Assembly (NCBI GenBank): GCA_020049465.1
Contig: JAIFKS010000024.1
Location: 210-64,209 of the forward strand
Length of the DNA: 64,000 bases
Source: a bacterium
GTDB taxonomy: Bacteria; Krumholzibacteriota; Krumholzibacteriia; LZORAL124-64-63
Reading direction: 5' to 3'
Positions within the stretch are counted from its first letter, which is position 1. The number at the start of each line of letters is the position of its first letter. Of the stretch, positions 32,815 through 41,562 are shown piece by piece. The translations under genes and the position numbers were made by a program. The notes under the pieces were generated by a model. That model had not been told where the DNA came from. It saw nothing but the letters and a program-made list of their open reading frames with translations, and did no database searches.

Positions 32815-34869
32815 TTGAACAACGGCGCCGAAAGCACTTCCCGGAGACAGCAGGCCGCACACGCCTGGGATGTCGTCGTGGTCGGCGGCGGCCACGCCGG
32901 CATCGAGGCGGCGCTGGCGGCTGCGCGCCTGGGTGCCCGTTGTGTCCTGGTGACGCATGCGATTTCCGAGATCGGCCGCATGCCGTGCAACCCCGCCATC
33001 GGCGGGCTGGGCAAGGGCCACCTCGTGCGCGAGATCGACGTGCTCGGCGGCGAGATGGGGCTGGCCATCGACGCGACCGGCATCCAGTTCCGCATGCTCA
33101 ACACGAAGAAGGGCCCAGCCGTGCAGTCGCCGCGCGCGCAGGCCGACAAGCACGCCTACCAGCGGCGCATGGGCGAGGTGGTGCTGGCGCAGGCGGGGCT
33201 CGAGGTGATCGAGGGCGACGTCGTCGACATCCTCGCGATGCCGATGGATGCCGCCTCGGCGACTTGCGCCGGCGCAAGTGATGGCGCAAGTGATGGCGCA
33301 TTGACCGGCGAAGCCGCGCCGCGCACGAAGCCCGCCTGGCGCGTGCGCGGCGTGCGCCTGGCCGACGGCCGCGAGATCGCCGGCGCGCGCGTGATCCTCA
33401 GCTCGGGCACGTTCATGCGCGGGTTGATGCACGTCGGCGCACGGCAGACCATCGGCGGCCGCGAAGGCGCCGTCAGCGCCGAAGGGCTGAGCGAGAGTCT
33501 GCGGCGCCTCGGTTTCACGCTGCGTCGCCTGAAGACCGGAACGCCGCCGCGCCTGGCGCGCGACTCGATCGACTTCACGCTTCTTCAGCCGCAACCGGGC
33601 GATGTGGACCCGCAGCCGTTCTCGCTGCGCACCGAAGTGTTCGCGCCGCGGCAGGTCGACTGCCATCAGGTGTGGACGAACGCGACCACCCACGCGCTGA
33701 TCCGCGCGAACCTCGACCGCTCGCCGCTGTACGGCGGCACCATCGAGGGCCAGGGGCCGCGGTACTGCCCGTCGATCGAGGACAAGGTCGTGCGCTTCGC
33801 CGACAAGGAGCGGCACCTGCTGTTCCTGGAGCCGGAGGGCCGCGACGACAACGAGATCTACGTCAACGGCCTGTCCACCAGCCTGCCGGCCGACGTGCAG
33901 GAGGCGATGGTGCGCTCGCTGCCCGGGCTGGAGGCGGCCCGCCTGCTCCGGTACGGCTACGCGGTGGAATATGACAGTGTGCCATCCTGGCAGATACATG
34001 ACACACTAGAGACCAAACCCGTTGCGGGACTTTATCTTGCGGGCCAGGTGCTGGGCACGTCCGGGTACGAGGAGGCCGCGGCCCAGGGCCTGGTGGCCGG
34101 GGTGAACGCCGTGCGGGAGCTGGGCGGCCACAGCCCGATGCCGCTCAGCCGGGGCCAGTCCTACCTGGGTGTGCTGGTCGATGACCTGGTCACCAAGGAC
34201 ATCACCGAGCCGTACCGCATGTTCACCTCGCGGGCGGAGCATCGTCTGCACCTGCGCTGCGACAACACGGAAGAGCGCCTGGGGCCGCTGGCCCTGGAGT
34301 TCGGCCTGCTGGATGCGCGCGGACGCCGGGTGCTTGAGGCGCGCGCCCGGTACGTGGACGGCCTGCGGGCCCTGCTGGCGGGGGTCACGGTGCGGCCGCC
34401 CGGGGGCGGCCCGGCCGTGGTCGCGGCGCAGTACCTGCGCTTTCCCGAAGTGAATCTGGAGGGTGCGCTGGCCGCCGGGCTGGCCGCGGATCCGGGCGCG
34501 GAAGAGCGACTGCACGCCCTGCGCGGCGCGCTGGCCGAAGCGGCGCCGGCGCCCCACGTGAGGGCCGGGGCCGAGGCGCAGGTCGAAAACGGTCTGAAGT
34601 ACGGGGGCTACATCGCCAAACAGGCCCGCCTGCTGGCGCAGCGTGACGATCTGGACCTGCGCGCCCTGCCGGACGACCTGGACTATAAATCCATGTCCGC
34701 CTTGAGTTTCGAGGCGCGCGAAAAATTGACCCGCATCCGGCCGGCGACCCTGGGCCAGGCCGGGCGCATCGACGGGGTGCGCGCCGGCGATCTGGCCGTG
34801 CTGACTGTCTTTCTGCGAAAGCGCCGGATCGTGCGGCGGCAAGGAGGCGGCGATGGCGGCGACATTTGA
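32815..34869 (+). CDS. mnmG: tRNA uridine 5-carboxymethylaminomethyl modification enzyme MnmG
   Basis: TTG start. Motifs DVVVVGGGHAGIEAA, NPAIGGLGKGHLVREIDVLGG and GLYLAGQVLGTSGYEEAAAQG. Confidence 0.95.
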   Translation: MNNGAESTSRRQQAAHAWDVVVVGGGHAGIEAALAAARLGARCVLVTHAISEIGRMPCNPAIGGLGKGHLVREIDVLGGEMGLAIDATGIQFRMLNTKKGPAVQSPRAQADKHAYQRRMGEVVLAQAGLEVIEGDVVDILAMPMDAASATCAGASDGASDGALTGEAAPRTKPAWRVRGVRLADGREIAGARVILSSGTFMRGLMHVGARQTIGGREGAVSAEGLSESLRRLGFTLRRLKTGTPPRLARDSIDFTLLQPQPGDVDPQPFSLRTEVFAPRQVDCHQVWTNATTHALIRANLDRSPLYGGTIEGQGPRYCPSIEDKVVRFADKERHLLFLEPEGRDDNEIYVNGLSTSLPADVQEAMVRSLPGLEAARLLRYGYAVEYDSVPSWQIHDTLETKPVAGLYLAGQVLGTSGYEEAAAQGLVAGVNAVRELGGHSPMPLSRGQSYLGVLVDDLVTKDITEPYRMFTSRAEHRLHLRCDNTEERLGPLALEFGLLDARGRRVLEARARYVDGLRALLAGVTVRPPGGGPAVVAAQYLRFPEVNLEGALAAGLAADPGAEERLHALRGALAEAAPAPHVRAGAEAQVENGLKYGGYIAKQARLLAQRDDLDLRALPDDLDYKSMSALSFEAREKLTRIRPATLGQAGRIDGVRAGDLAVLTVFLRKRRIVRRQGGGDGGDI
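33262..33279. repeat. 18-bp palindrome, exact copy F, inside mnmG
   Basis: ACTTGCGCCGGCGCAAGT, translated TCAGAS. Followed by a 12-bp tandem duplication. Confidence 0.95.
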
Positions 34870-35653
34870 AGCCGGCCGGCCGGTCAGCGCCCGGACCCGG
34901 GAGCTGTTCGAAGCCTACCGCGGCGAGTTGTTGCGGTGGAACCGCCAGATCAACCTGCTGACGCGCCGCGATCCCGAAGAGGCGGCCGACACTCTGATCC
35001 GCCAGTGCGTCGGCGCCTTCGACCTGTGGTGGGACGCCTCGGGCCAGGCGCTGGTGGGGGCGGGCGGCGCCCTGCGGGTCTATGACCTTGGCTCGGGCGG
35101 CGGCCTGCCGGGATTCGTCTGGCTGACGCTGTTGGCCGAACAGGGGGTGGCCGCTTCGGCCGCGCTGGTCGAACCGCGCGCCAAGCGGGCCTGGTTCCTG
35201 GAACGGCTTGCGCGACTGCCGGGAGGGCCACCGTTTGCCGTGTTTGCGGCCCGCTGGGGTGAGCCGGTGGCCCCGGGGGCCGTGCCGGCCCTTGCCCGCG
35301 GAGCCGGCGCCGACACACCCATCTTGTTCACTCTCAAGGCCTTGCGCCTCCCTGAAGCGGCGATTCTGGGCGGCTTGAGCACGGCGGAGCCGGTCCTGAG
35401 GTCCACGGCGGGGGTCGCCGTCGAACTGGTTCGCTTCCAGCCGACGGTGGGCGTGACGGCCGCGAAGCTGTCGCGGGCGCTGGAGATTCCGGCCCCCGGC
35501 GAGCGTTTTCAGGCGGGTGGCTGGACCTTCGAAGCCGGAGCGCGCCGGTTGCTGGTGCCGACGAAGCGCGGACAGCGGTCCGCCACGGCAGCGGGGCTGA
35601 TGGTCTCGCGGCATGTGGCGGTGGATTCGATCGAGGGCGGCGCCGGGGATTAG
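34853..35653 (+). CDS. rsmG: 16S rRNA m7G methyltransferase RsmG (divergent)
   Basis: Position after mnmG. Motifs LLRWNRQINLLT and SAM-binding DLGSGGGLPG. Confidence 0.75.
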   Translation: MAATFEAGRPVSARTRELFEAYRGELLRWNRQINLLTRRDPEEAADTLIRQCVGAFDLWWDASGQALVGAGGALRVYDLGSGGGLPGFVWLTLLAEQGVAASAALVEPRAKRAWFLERLARLPGGPPFAVFAARWGEPVAPGAVPALARGAGADTPILFTLKALRLPEAAILGGLSTAEPVLRSTAGVAVELVRFQPTVGVTAAKLSRALEIPAPGERFQAGGWTFEAGARRLLVPTKRGQRSATAAGLMVSRHVAVDSIEGGAGD

Positions 35654-35674
35654 GGTCACGGCCTCGGCTGTCGA

Positions 35675-35690
35675 TGTTCCACGTGGAACA
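35675..35690. promoter_or_regulatory. parS centromere site
   Basis: Perfect palindrome TGTTCCACGTGGAACA, which fits the parS consensus TGTTNCACGTGAAACA. Confidence 0.9.
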
Positions 35691-35785
35691 ATCGGCACGA
35701 TGGTGACCCGCCCACGTTTCAAGTGAAAATCACAGATCTCGATCTCGGCCGCCGCGCGCCGGCCCGCCGCGGCTCCAGGGTCGAA

Positions 35786-35801
35786 TGTTCCACGTGGAAC
35801 A
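35786..35801. promoter_or_regulatory. parS centromere site
   Basis: TGTTCCACGTGGAACA. Confidence 0.9.
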
Positions 35802-35897
35802 TCGCACACCCCGCGGACCTCCCACCGCCCAGGCGCACGCACACCCTTCGCATCACCGCCCTCCACCGTCACCCCGCCTTGTCACCCCCGTCGCTTT

Positions 35898-35913
35898 TGT
35901 TCCACGTGGAACA
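35898..35913. promoter_or_regulatory. parS centromere site
   Basis: TGTTCCACGTGGAACA. Confidence 0.9.
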
Positions 35914-36032
35914 TTCCCGGAGGACAACCAGCGTACAACTCCCAGCGCACCTTGACGCACCCCACCGCGCCCCGGTAGATTGTGAACTTCTGATCCAGAT
36001 TCCAGTCCAACCGGAAAGGCGGGTTGCCCGCC

Positions 36033-36830
36033 ATGACCAAGATCGTGGCCATCTCCAACCAGAAGGGCGGCGTCGGCAAGACGACCACCGCCGTCAACCT
36101 GGCCGCCAGCCTGGCCGTCGCCGAGCGTCGGACCCTGTTGCTGGACTTCGACCCGCAGGGCAACGCCTCCAGCGGCGTCGGCATATCTGCCGGTGAAAAA
36201 ACGAGTTATGAGTTCCTGGTCGGCGCCGCCGCTTTCGGTGAAGCGGTCCAGACCACGAAGCTGCCCTACCTGGACATCCTGGCCACGGACCGCCGCCTGG
36301 CCGGCGCCGAGATCGAACTGGTGGGCGAGGAGAACCGGGAAGGATTCCTCAAGCGCGCCCTGACGCCCCTGCGCGGCCGCTATGAGTTCATCCTGATCGA
36401 CACGCCCCCGTCATTGGGCCTGCTGACGCTGAACGCGCTGACCGCGGCGGATTCGGTGCTGATCCCCATCCAGTGCGAATATTATGCACTGGAAGGGCTT
36501 AGCCAGCTTCTGAGCACGGTGCAGTTGGTGCAGCGGGGCCTGAACCGCGACCTGCGGCTGGAGGGCGTGCTGCTGACCATGTTCGATCGCCGCCTGCGCC
36601 TGTCCAACCAGGTGGCCGACGAGGCGACCGATTTCTTCGGCGAGATGGTCTACGAGACCCGCATCCCGCGGAACGTGCGCCTGAGCGAAGCGCCGTCGTT
36701 TGGGCAGCCGATCTGCCTGTACGATGTGGAGTGCATCGGCTCGCAGTGCTATTTGGACCTCGCGAAAGAGGTCATTCTTGATAACCCCTTGCCACCAAAA
36801 GACTTGAAGCCTGAACCCGCACAAGGATGA
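36033..36830 (+). CDS. parA: chromosome partitioning ATPase ParA/Soj
   Basis: Starts MTKIVAISNQKGGVGKTTTAVNLAASLA (deviant Walker A). Confidence 0.95.
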   Translation: MTKIVAISNQKGGVGKTTTAVNLAASLAVAERRTLLLDFDPQGNASSGVGISAGEKTSYEFLVGAAAFGEAVQTTKLPYLDILATDRRLAGAEIELVGEENREGFLKRALTPLRGRYEFILIDTPPSLGLLTLNALTAADSVLIPIQCEYYALEGLSQLLSTVQLVQRGLNRDLRLEGVLLTMFDRRLRLSNQVADEATDFFGEMVYETRIPRNVRLSEAPSFGQPICLYDVECIGSQCYLDLAKEVILDNPLPPKDLKPEPAQG

Positions 36831-36834
36831 CGCC

Positions 36835-37782
36835 ATGAACAAGAACCGCGTGCTGGGCAAGGGGCTGTCGGCGCTCATCCAGGGGGCCGACTTGACCGGG
36901 GTGCCGCCCCGGCCCACCGATACGGGCGGCGGGGTGGCCAAGCTGCCTCTGGCGAACATCGGCGTCAACCCCAACCAGCCACGTAAAATATTTCACGACA
37001 ACGAGTTGAACGAATTGGCGGAGTCCATCCGCCAGGTCGGGATCCTGCAGCCGGTGCTGGTGCGGCGCCTGCAGCCCGGCCAGACGGCGGTGCGGCAGCC
37101 AGGCGAAGAGGGCAGCGTGGCCCCGTTGGAATATTGTGTCGTGGCGGGCGAGCGCCGCGTGCGCGCGGCGCGCCTGGCGGGCCTGAACGATGTGCCGGCC
37201 ATGGTCGTCTCCTTCGAACAGACCGAGGCGCTGAAGGTCGCGCTGCTGGAGAACATCCAGCGCGAGGACCTGGGTCCGGTCGAAGAGGCCTCGGCCTACC
37301 GTCAACTGATGAACGAATACGGCGCCACGCAGGAAGAAGTCGCGGCGATGCTCGGCAAGAGCCGCAGCGGCGTCGCGAATCTGCTGCGGTTGCTGACGCT
37401 CGAAGAGGAGATCCTCGATCTCCTGCAGGAGCGGCACCTGACGACCGGCCACGGCAAAGCCCTGTTGGGGTTGCCGCCTGGGCCGGCGCGCGTGCAGTTG
37501 GCGAAGCTATGCCGCACGCGCGGGCTTTCGGTGCGCGACTGTGAACGTCGCGTGCAGGCCGGCGGCGCGAAGCCGCGGCGGAGCGCCGCGAAGAAGCGCG
37601 CCGCGTCGGCCGATGATCCCTCGCTGCGCGCGCTGACCGAGCGCACCGAAGCCGTCTATGGTTCCCCGGTGACCATCGAGCGCGACGCGCGCACGGGCAA
37701 GGGCACAGTGAGCGTGCGGTTCTTCTCGGACACGGACCTGATCCGCCTGCTGCAGATCATGGGCGTCGATACGGAACTGTGA
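36835..37782 (+). CDS. parB: chromosome partitioning protein ParB/Spo0J
   Basis: Motifs LGKGLSALI, NPNQPRK, VVAGERRVRAARLAGL and an HTH region. Confidence 0.95.
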   Translation: MNKNRVLGKGLSALIQGADLTGVPPRPTDTGGGVAKLPLANIGVNPNQPRKIFHDNELNELAESIRQVGILQPVLVRRLQPGQTAVRQPGEEGSVAPLEYCVVAGERRVRAARLAGLNDVPAMVVSFEQTEALKVALLENIQREDLGPVEEASAYRQLMNEYGATQEEVAAMLGKSRSGVANLLRLLTLEEEILDLLQERHLTTGHGKALLGLPPGPARVQLAKLCRTRGLSVRDCERRVQAGGAKPRRSAAKKRAASADDPSLRALTERTEAVYGSPVTIERDARTGKGTVSVRFFSDTDLIRLLQIMGVDTEL

Positions 37783-37827
37783 GCGTACAGGTGAAGGCGG
37801 CGGCCTACGCGTGAGAGCGCTGGTCAT

Positions 37828-39291
37828 ATGAAGAGGATCACCAAATGGCTGGGGCGCGTGCTGTTGCTGCGCCTGTTGCTGTGGGCGCTGCTCGCGTCTT
37901 CGCTGGTGTTCGTCGTCGCCACGCTGGGACGGCTGAGCGACGACCATGCCGCCGCCGGCTCGCTGCGCGAGCTGTGGCGGGCCGAGTGGCGCGAAGGCCG
38001 CGCGCTGAGGGATCTCTTCGGCGGCGGCGTCTTCCAGTTCCTGTTCCTGGTCGTTGGCTGGAGCGCCTATTTCCGCCTGCGTCTGCGCGAACTCGGCCAG
38101 TTGCGGCTGCGGCGCTCCGAGCAGAAATACCGCAACATCATCAACCACGCCGGCGAGGCCATCTTCCTGCTCGACGCCTCGGGCCGCGTGCTGGAATGGA
38201 ACAAGAAGTCCGAGGACCTCTTCCATCATCCGCGGCGCAATGTGCTGGGCCGGCGGTTGCAGGATGTGGCGCCGCAGCTGGCGCTGGACGTCGAGGGCAT
38301 CTTCAACGATGTGGTCAAGGCGCACCGCAGCCTGTCGTTCGAGGTGCCGCTGCCGGTCGAGGGCGCCGCGCCCCGCCTGCTGGCGATGACGTTTTCGGGC
38401 ATCCGTCCCGGCAGCGGCCCGCTGGCCGATCGCGAGATGACGTTCGTCGTCATCGCGCGCGACATCACGTCGGAAAAGCAGTTCGAGAGCCGCCTCAGCG
38501 AAACCGAGAAGCTGGTGGGCATCGGCCAGCTGGCCGCCGGCATCGCGCACCAGCTCAACACGCCGCTGGGGGCCATCCTTCTGTCGGCGCAGATGCTCGA
38601 GGACGCGGCGCGCACCGAGGACGAACAGGACGACATCCGCCGCATCATCCGCCAGACCGAACAGTGCCGCGGCATCATCAAGGGCCTGCTGAATTTCGCG
38701 CGGCCCACCGGCACCGAGCGCGGCCGTCTGGATCTGGCCGCGACTGTCCGCGACACGGTCTACCTGATGGAGAAGAACCTGAAGGTCGCCGGTATTGAAG
38801 TGAACATCACCGCGACCGGCGAGCCCTGGGTCTACGGCAACCGCAACGAACTGGAGCAGGTCGTCTTCAACCTGCTGGTCAACGCGATGGATGCGATGGA
38901 CAATGCGGGCGGCGGCGGCCGCATCGACCTGGAGATCGCCGACGGCGGCGCCGGTGAGCTGCGGCTGAGCGTGGCGGACAGCGGGCCGGGCGTTCCCGCG
39001 GCCACGCGCGCCAGCATCTTCCTGCCTTTTTTCACGACCAAGGACTACGGCAAGGGGACGGGGCTGGGGTTGTCCATCGTTGCGCGCATCGTGCACGAAC
39101 ACGGCGGGCGCATCGAACTGCGCGAACACCACGGCCCCGGAGCCATCTTCGATCTGTGGCTGCCGCGTGCGCGGGACGGCAGCGGCCTCGTGGCGCTGAT
39201 CGAGGACGGCGACGGCGAACCGGATGACGTCGGCGAAGGAGGGACCCATGGGTATCCCCGCGAAGACACGCGTGACGCTGGCCAGCGCTGA
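37828..39291 (+). CDS. PAS-domain sensor histidine kinase (no adjacent response regulator)
   Basis: Two N-terminal TM segments. PAS-like region. H-box AAGIAHQLNTPL. N, G1 and G2 boxes (LLVNAMDAM, DSGPGVP, GKGTGLGLSI). Confidence 0.85.
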   Translation: MKRITKWLGRVLLLRLLLWALLASSLVFVVATLGRLSDDHAAAGSLRELWRAEWREGRALRDLFGGGVFQFLFLVVGWSAYFRLRLRELGQLRLRRSEQKYRNIINHAGEAIFLLDASGRVLEWNKKSEDLFHHPRRNVLGRRLQDVAPQLALDVEGIFNDVVKAHRSLSFEVPLPVEGAAPRLLAMTFSGIRPGSGPLADREMTFVVIARDITSEKQFESRLSETEKLVGIGQLAAGIAHQLNTPLGAILLSAQMLEDAARTEDEQDDIRRIIRQTEQCRGIIKGLLNFARPTGTERGRLDLAATVRDTVYLMEKNLKVAGIEVNITATGEPWVYGNRNELEQVVFNLLVNAMDAMDNAGGGGRIDLEIADGGAGELRLSVADSGPGVPAATRASIFLPFFTTKDYGKGTGLGLSIVARIVHEHGGRIELREHHGPGAIFDLWLPRARDGSGLVALIEDGDGEPDDVGEGGTHGYPREDTRDAGQR

Positions 39292-40048
39292 CGGCGGCGG
39301 ACCCCGACGCGAATTCAGCCTGTCGCGCCGGGCGACCGTGCTGTTGGCGGCGCTGTTCCTGATCCTCTTGGTGGTGGCGGTCCTGCAGTTGGGCGAGGCG
39401 CTGATCGCCCGCGAACAGCGCGCCACCATCGACGAGCTGGAGCGCCAACTGGCCGAGACCCGTGACGAACTGCTGAAGTCCCGCATCGCGCAGGCCGAGC
39501 TGGAGCAGACCCGCCTGCTGCAGGAAGAACTCATGGTGATGCTGGGCGTGCCGCGCTCCGATTCGTTGAGCGCCCTGGCGGACACCCTTTGCGATGTGCC
39601 GCCGGTCGGTGTTTCTGTGGATGTCCCGCCCGCGCCGGAAGCCGCCACGGCGCCACCCTCGCGGTGGCCGGCCGCCGGCGTGATCATCCGTGAATTCACG
39701 CACGGGGACTCTTCAGCGGGAGTCGAGGAGCATCGGGGCGTGGACATTGCAGGCGAGGTTGGCGACCCCGTGGTGGCGGCGGCCGAAGGAGATGTCGACT
39801 TTGTCGGGACGGATGAGGTCCTGGGCAACTACCTCGAGATCCGCCACGGGCTCGACTACGTGACCATCTACGGGCATTGCAGCTGGGTGGGCGTGGGGCC
39901 GGGCCACCGGGTGCGCGCCGGCGAAAAAATAGCGAAGATGGGCCACTCGGGCCAGACGGCAATCACGCAGCTTCATTTTGAAGTGTGGAAGCGGGGCGAA
40001 GCGGTGGATCCGCGCAAAATTCTCGCTGGCGAACCGGCGCCCCGTTAG
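39248..40048 (+). CDS. M23 family metallopeptidase with coiled-coil N-terminus
   Basis: ATG at 39248 after AAGGAGG. Motifs HRGVDIAG and GHSG....LHFEV. Confidence 0.85.
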   Translation: MGIPAKTRVTLASADGGGPRREFSLSRRATVLLAALFLILLVVAVLQLGEALIAREQRATIDELERQLAETRDELLKSRIAQAELEQTRLLQEELMVMLGVPRSDSLSALADTLCDVPPVGVSVDVPPAPEAATAPPSRWPAAGVIIREFTHGDSSAGVEEHRGVDIAGEVGDPVVAAAEGDVDFVGTDEVLGNYLEIRHGLDYVTIYGHCSWVGVGPGHRVRAGEKIAKMGHSGQTAITQLHFEVWKRGEAVDPRKILAGEPAPR

Positions 40049-40104
40049 GGCATAGTACGCAAACCGTCCCGGCGACCACCGCCAGGGCCTCAAGGAGGAC
40101 ATCC

Positions 40105-40533
40105 ATGTTCGGGAAAGAACCGGAAAACCAGACCGTCAGCGCCGGCCAGACCTCGATCATCGCGCAGGGAAGCAAATTCGACGGCAAGATCGACGTGCGC
40201 GGCACGCTGCGGATCGAGGGCGAATTCCGCGGCACCATCGGTCTGCCGGAAAGCCTGGTCATCGGCAAGACCGGCGTGGTGCACGCCAACTGCAACGTGA
40301 AGAACGCCATCATCGGCGGCCAGCTCTTCGGCAACATCACCGCCGAGAACAAGATCGAGCTGCAGAGCGGCTCCCACGTCGAAGGCGACATCAAGACCAA
40401 GCGTCTGGTCATCGACGAGGGCGTGTTCTTCGAGGGCAACTGCTCGATGGGCGATGGCCAGAAGAAGGCCCCGGGCGCGGGCGCGCAGACGACCCCCGCC
40501 GCGGCCGTGCCGGCGGAGCCGCTGCGCAAGTAG
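40105..40533 (+). CDS. bactofilin (polymer-forming cytoskeletal protein)
   Basis: ATG after AAGGAGG. Repetitive beta-helix pattern IIAQGSKFDGKIDVRGTLRIEGEFRGTI...VKNAIIGGQLFGNITAENKIELQSGSHVEGDIKTKRLVIDEGVFFEG. Confidence 0.9.
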   Translation: MFGKEPENQTVSAGQTSIIAQGSKFDGKIDVRGTLRIEGEFRGTIGLPESLVIGKTGVVHANCNVKNAIIGGQLFGNITAENKIELQSGSHVEGDIKTKRLVIDEGVFFEGNCSMGDGQKKAPGAGAQTTPAAAVPAEPLRK

Positions 40534-40548
40534 TGGCGAAACCGGGAT

Positions 40549-40566
40549 CGTTGCGCCGGCGCAAGT
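40549..40566. repeat. 18-bp palindrome family, copy G (16/18), 16 nt after the bactofilin stop
   Basis: CGTTGCGCCGGCGCAAGT. Confidence 0.8.
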
Positions 40567-40919
40567 GGGCGCCGCGGTGCGCAGCGGATCGGAATGGGAG
40601 CACCCCGGCTGGATGGCTGGGGTGCTCTTTCGTTTGCTGCGGGTGTCGGCCGACTGGAGCGTTGCCGCCAGTGGCGATTCTGACCTATGCTCGAGGGCCA
40701 TCGCGTGGAGGCGTGTCTTGCGTGGACGGGTCGCGATCGTTGCCGTTGTCTTCGCCGGGGCGCTGGGCGTGTGTGTCGGTTCGGCGCTGGGCAGCGTCAG
40801 CCTCATGAGACACGAAGAGAGAATGGAGCGCGTGCTTGTCTCCTACGAACCGATCAGGTAGGAAAGGTGGGCGGTTCGCCGCCCAGGCCGACCCGAGAAA
40901 CCAGGACAGGTGATTCCCC

Positions 40920-41270
40920 ATGACCAGCAGCGGCACGCGCATCCTCGAACGCGACGGCCACTTCATGAACATCGCCGATGCGTCCGACGGCAAACTCATC
41001 CTGCTGATCACGACCACCGAGGCGGGCATTGCCGACGGCTTCACCATCGGGCTGAACCCGGCGTCGCTCGCCGACCTGCGGATGGCAGCACGCACGGTCA
41101 CCTTCACCTGGACGAACCGAGACGGTTCGCTCCGCATCGAAGGCCACGAAACGGGCTGGACGCTGCAGTTCGCGATGACCGCACCGCCGTTCTCGCGCGC
41201 CACCGTGACGCTGACCGTGGCCGAGACGGCGCGGTTCCGGGTGGAGGTCCTCGGCGGGTCGGTGCATTGA
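40920..41270 (+). CDS. hypothetical protein
   Basis: GC3-rich 116-aa ORF with balanced composition. The overlapping antisense ORF is R/S/P-rich. No domain recognised. Confidence 0.5.
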   Translation: MTSSGTRILERDGHFMNIADASDGKLILLITTTEAGIADGFTIGLNPASLADLRMAARTVTFTWTNRDGSLRIEGHETGWTLQFAMTAPPFSRATVTLTVAETARFRVEVLGGSVH

Positions 41271-41289
41271 GCGCGCGGCGCACGCCGGG

Positions 41290-41307
41290 ACTTGCGCCGG
41301 CGCAAGT
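41290..41307. repeat. 18-bp palindrome, exact copy H
   Basis: ACTTGCGCCGGCGCAAGT, 20 nt after the stop of ORF 40920-41270. Confidence 0.95.
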
Positions 41308-41315
41308 CGCTGGTT

Positions 41316-41363
41316 GATCAAGTCGTGGGCTGAACAAGTCGGCGACCGATCAAATCGTCGGCT
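41316..41363. repeat. 3 x 16-bp imperfect tandem repeat (iteron-like)
   Basis: Units GATCAAGTCGTGGGCT, GAACAAGTCGGCGACC and GATCAAATCGTCGGCT. Confidence 0.55.
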
Positions 41364-41448
41364 AGACCGGGCGCGGGAATTGCGCTGTGCACAGGTATGC
41401 GAGTCGCGCTGAGCCCCAAGCTGGTTGAAGCCATTCGGCGATTCTGGC

Positions 41449-41477
41449 TTGACTGCAAGCCCGTTCTTGCCGACAAT
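41449..41477 (+). promoter_or_regulatory. candidate sigma-70 promoter TTGACT-17-GACAAT
   Basis: 5/6 match at -35, 17-nt spacer, 4/6 match at -10. Lies upstream of the structured leader. Confidence 0.35.
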
Positions 41478-41483
41478 CTTTGT

Positions 41484-41552
41484 CAGTCAGCCCCAGTTCG
41501 GCTTTCTGAGCCGACTGGCCCCCTCCGGGTTGCGACCCGGAGGGTTTCTTTT
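41484..41552 (+). ncRNA. candidate short structured transcript or leader ending in an intrinsic terminator
   Basis: Hairpin 41493-41518 (10 bp, one bulge) followed by the terminator hairpin. About 70 nt from the predicted TSS to the end of the T-tract. Confidence 0.35.
41521..41552 (+). terminator. intrinsic terminator 10 nt upstream of the NYN gene ATG
   Basis: CCCTCCGGG-TTGCGA-CCCGGAGGG followed by TTTCTTTT. Confidence 0.65.
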
Positions 41553-41562
41553 GGTAACAACA

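Noticed and set aside
40613-40861. 82-aa ORF with one hydrophobic helix between the bactofilin gene and ORF 40920
   Set aside because: It has no RBS, mixed codon bias and overlapping alternative ORFs on both strands. The evidence is insufficient to call a gene.
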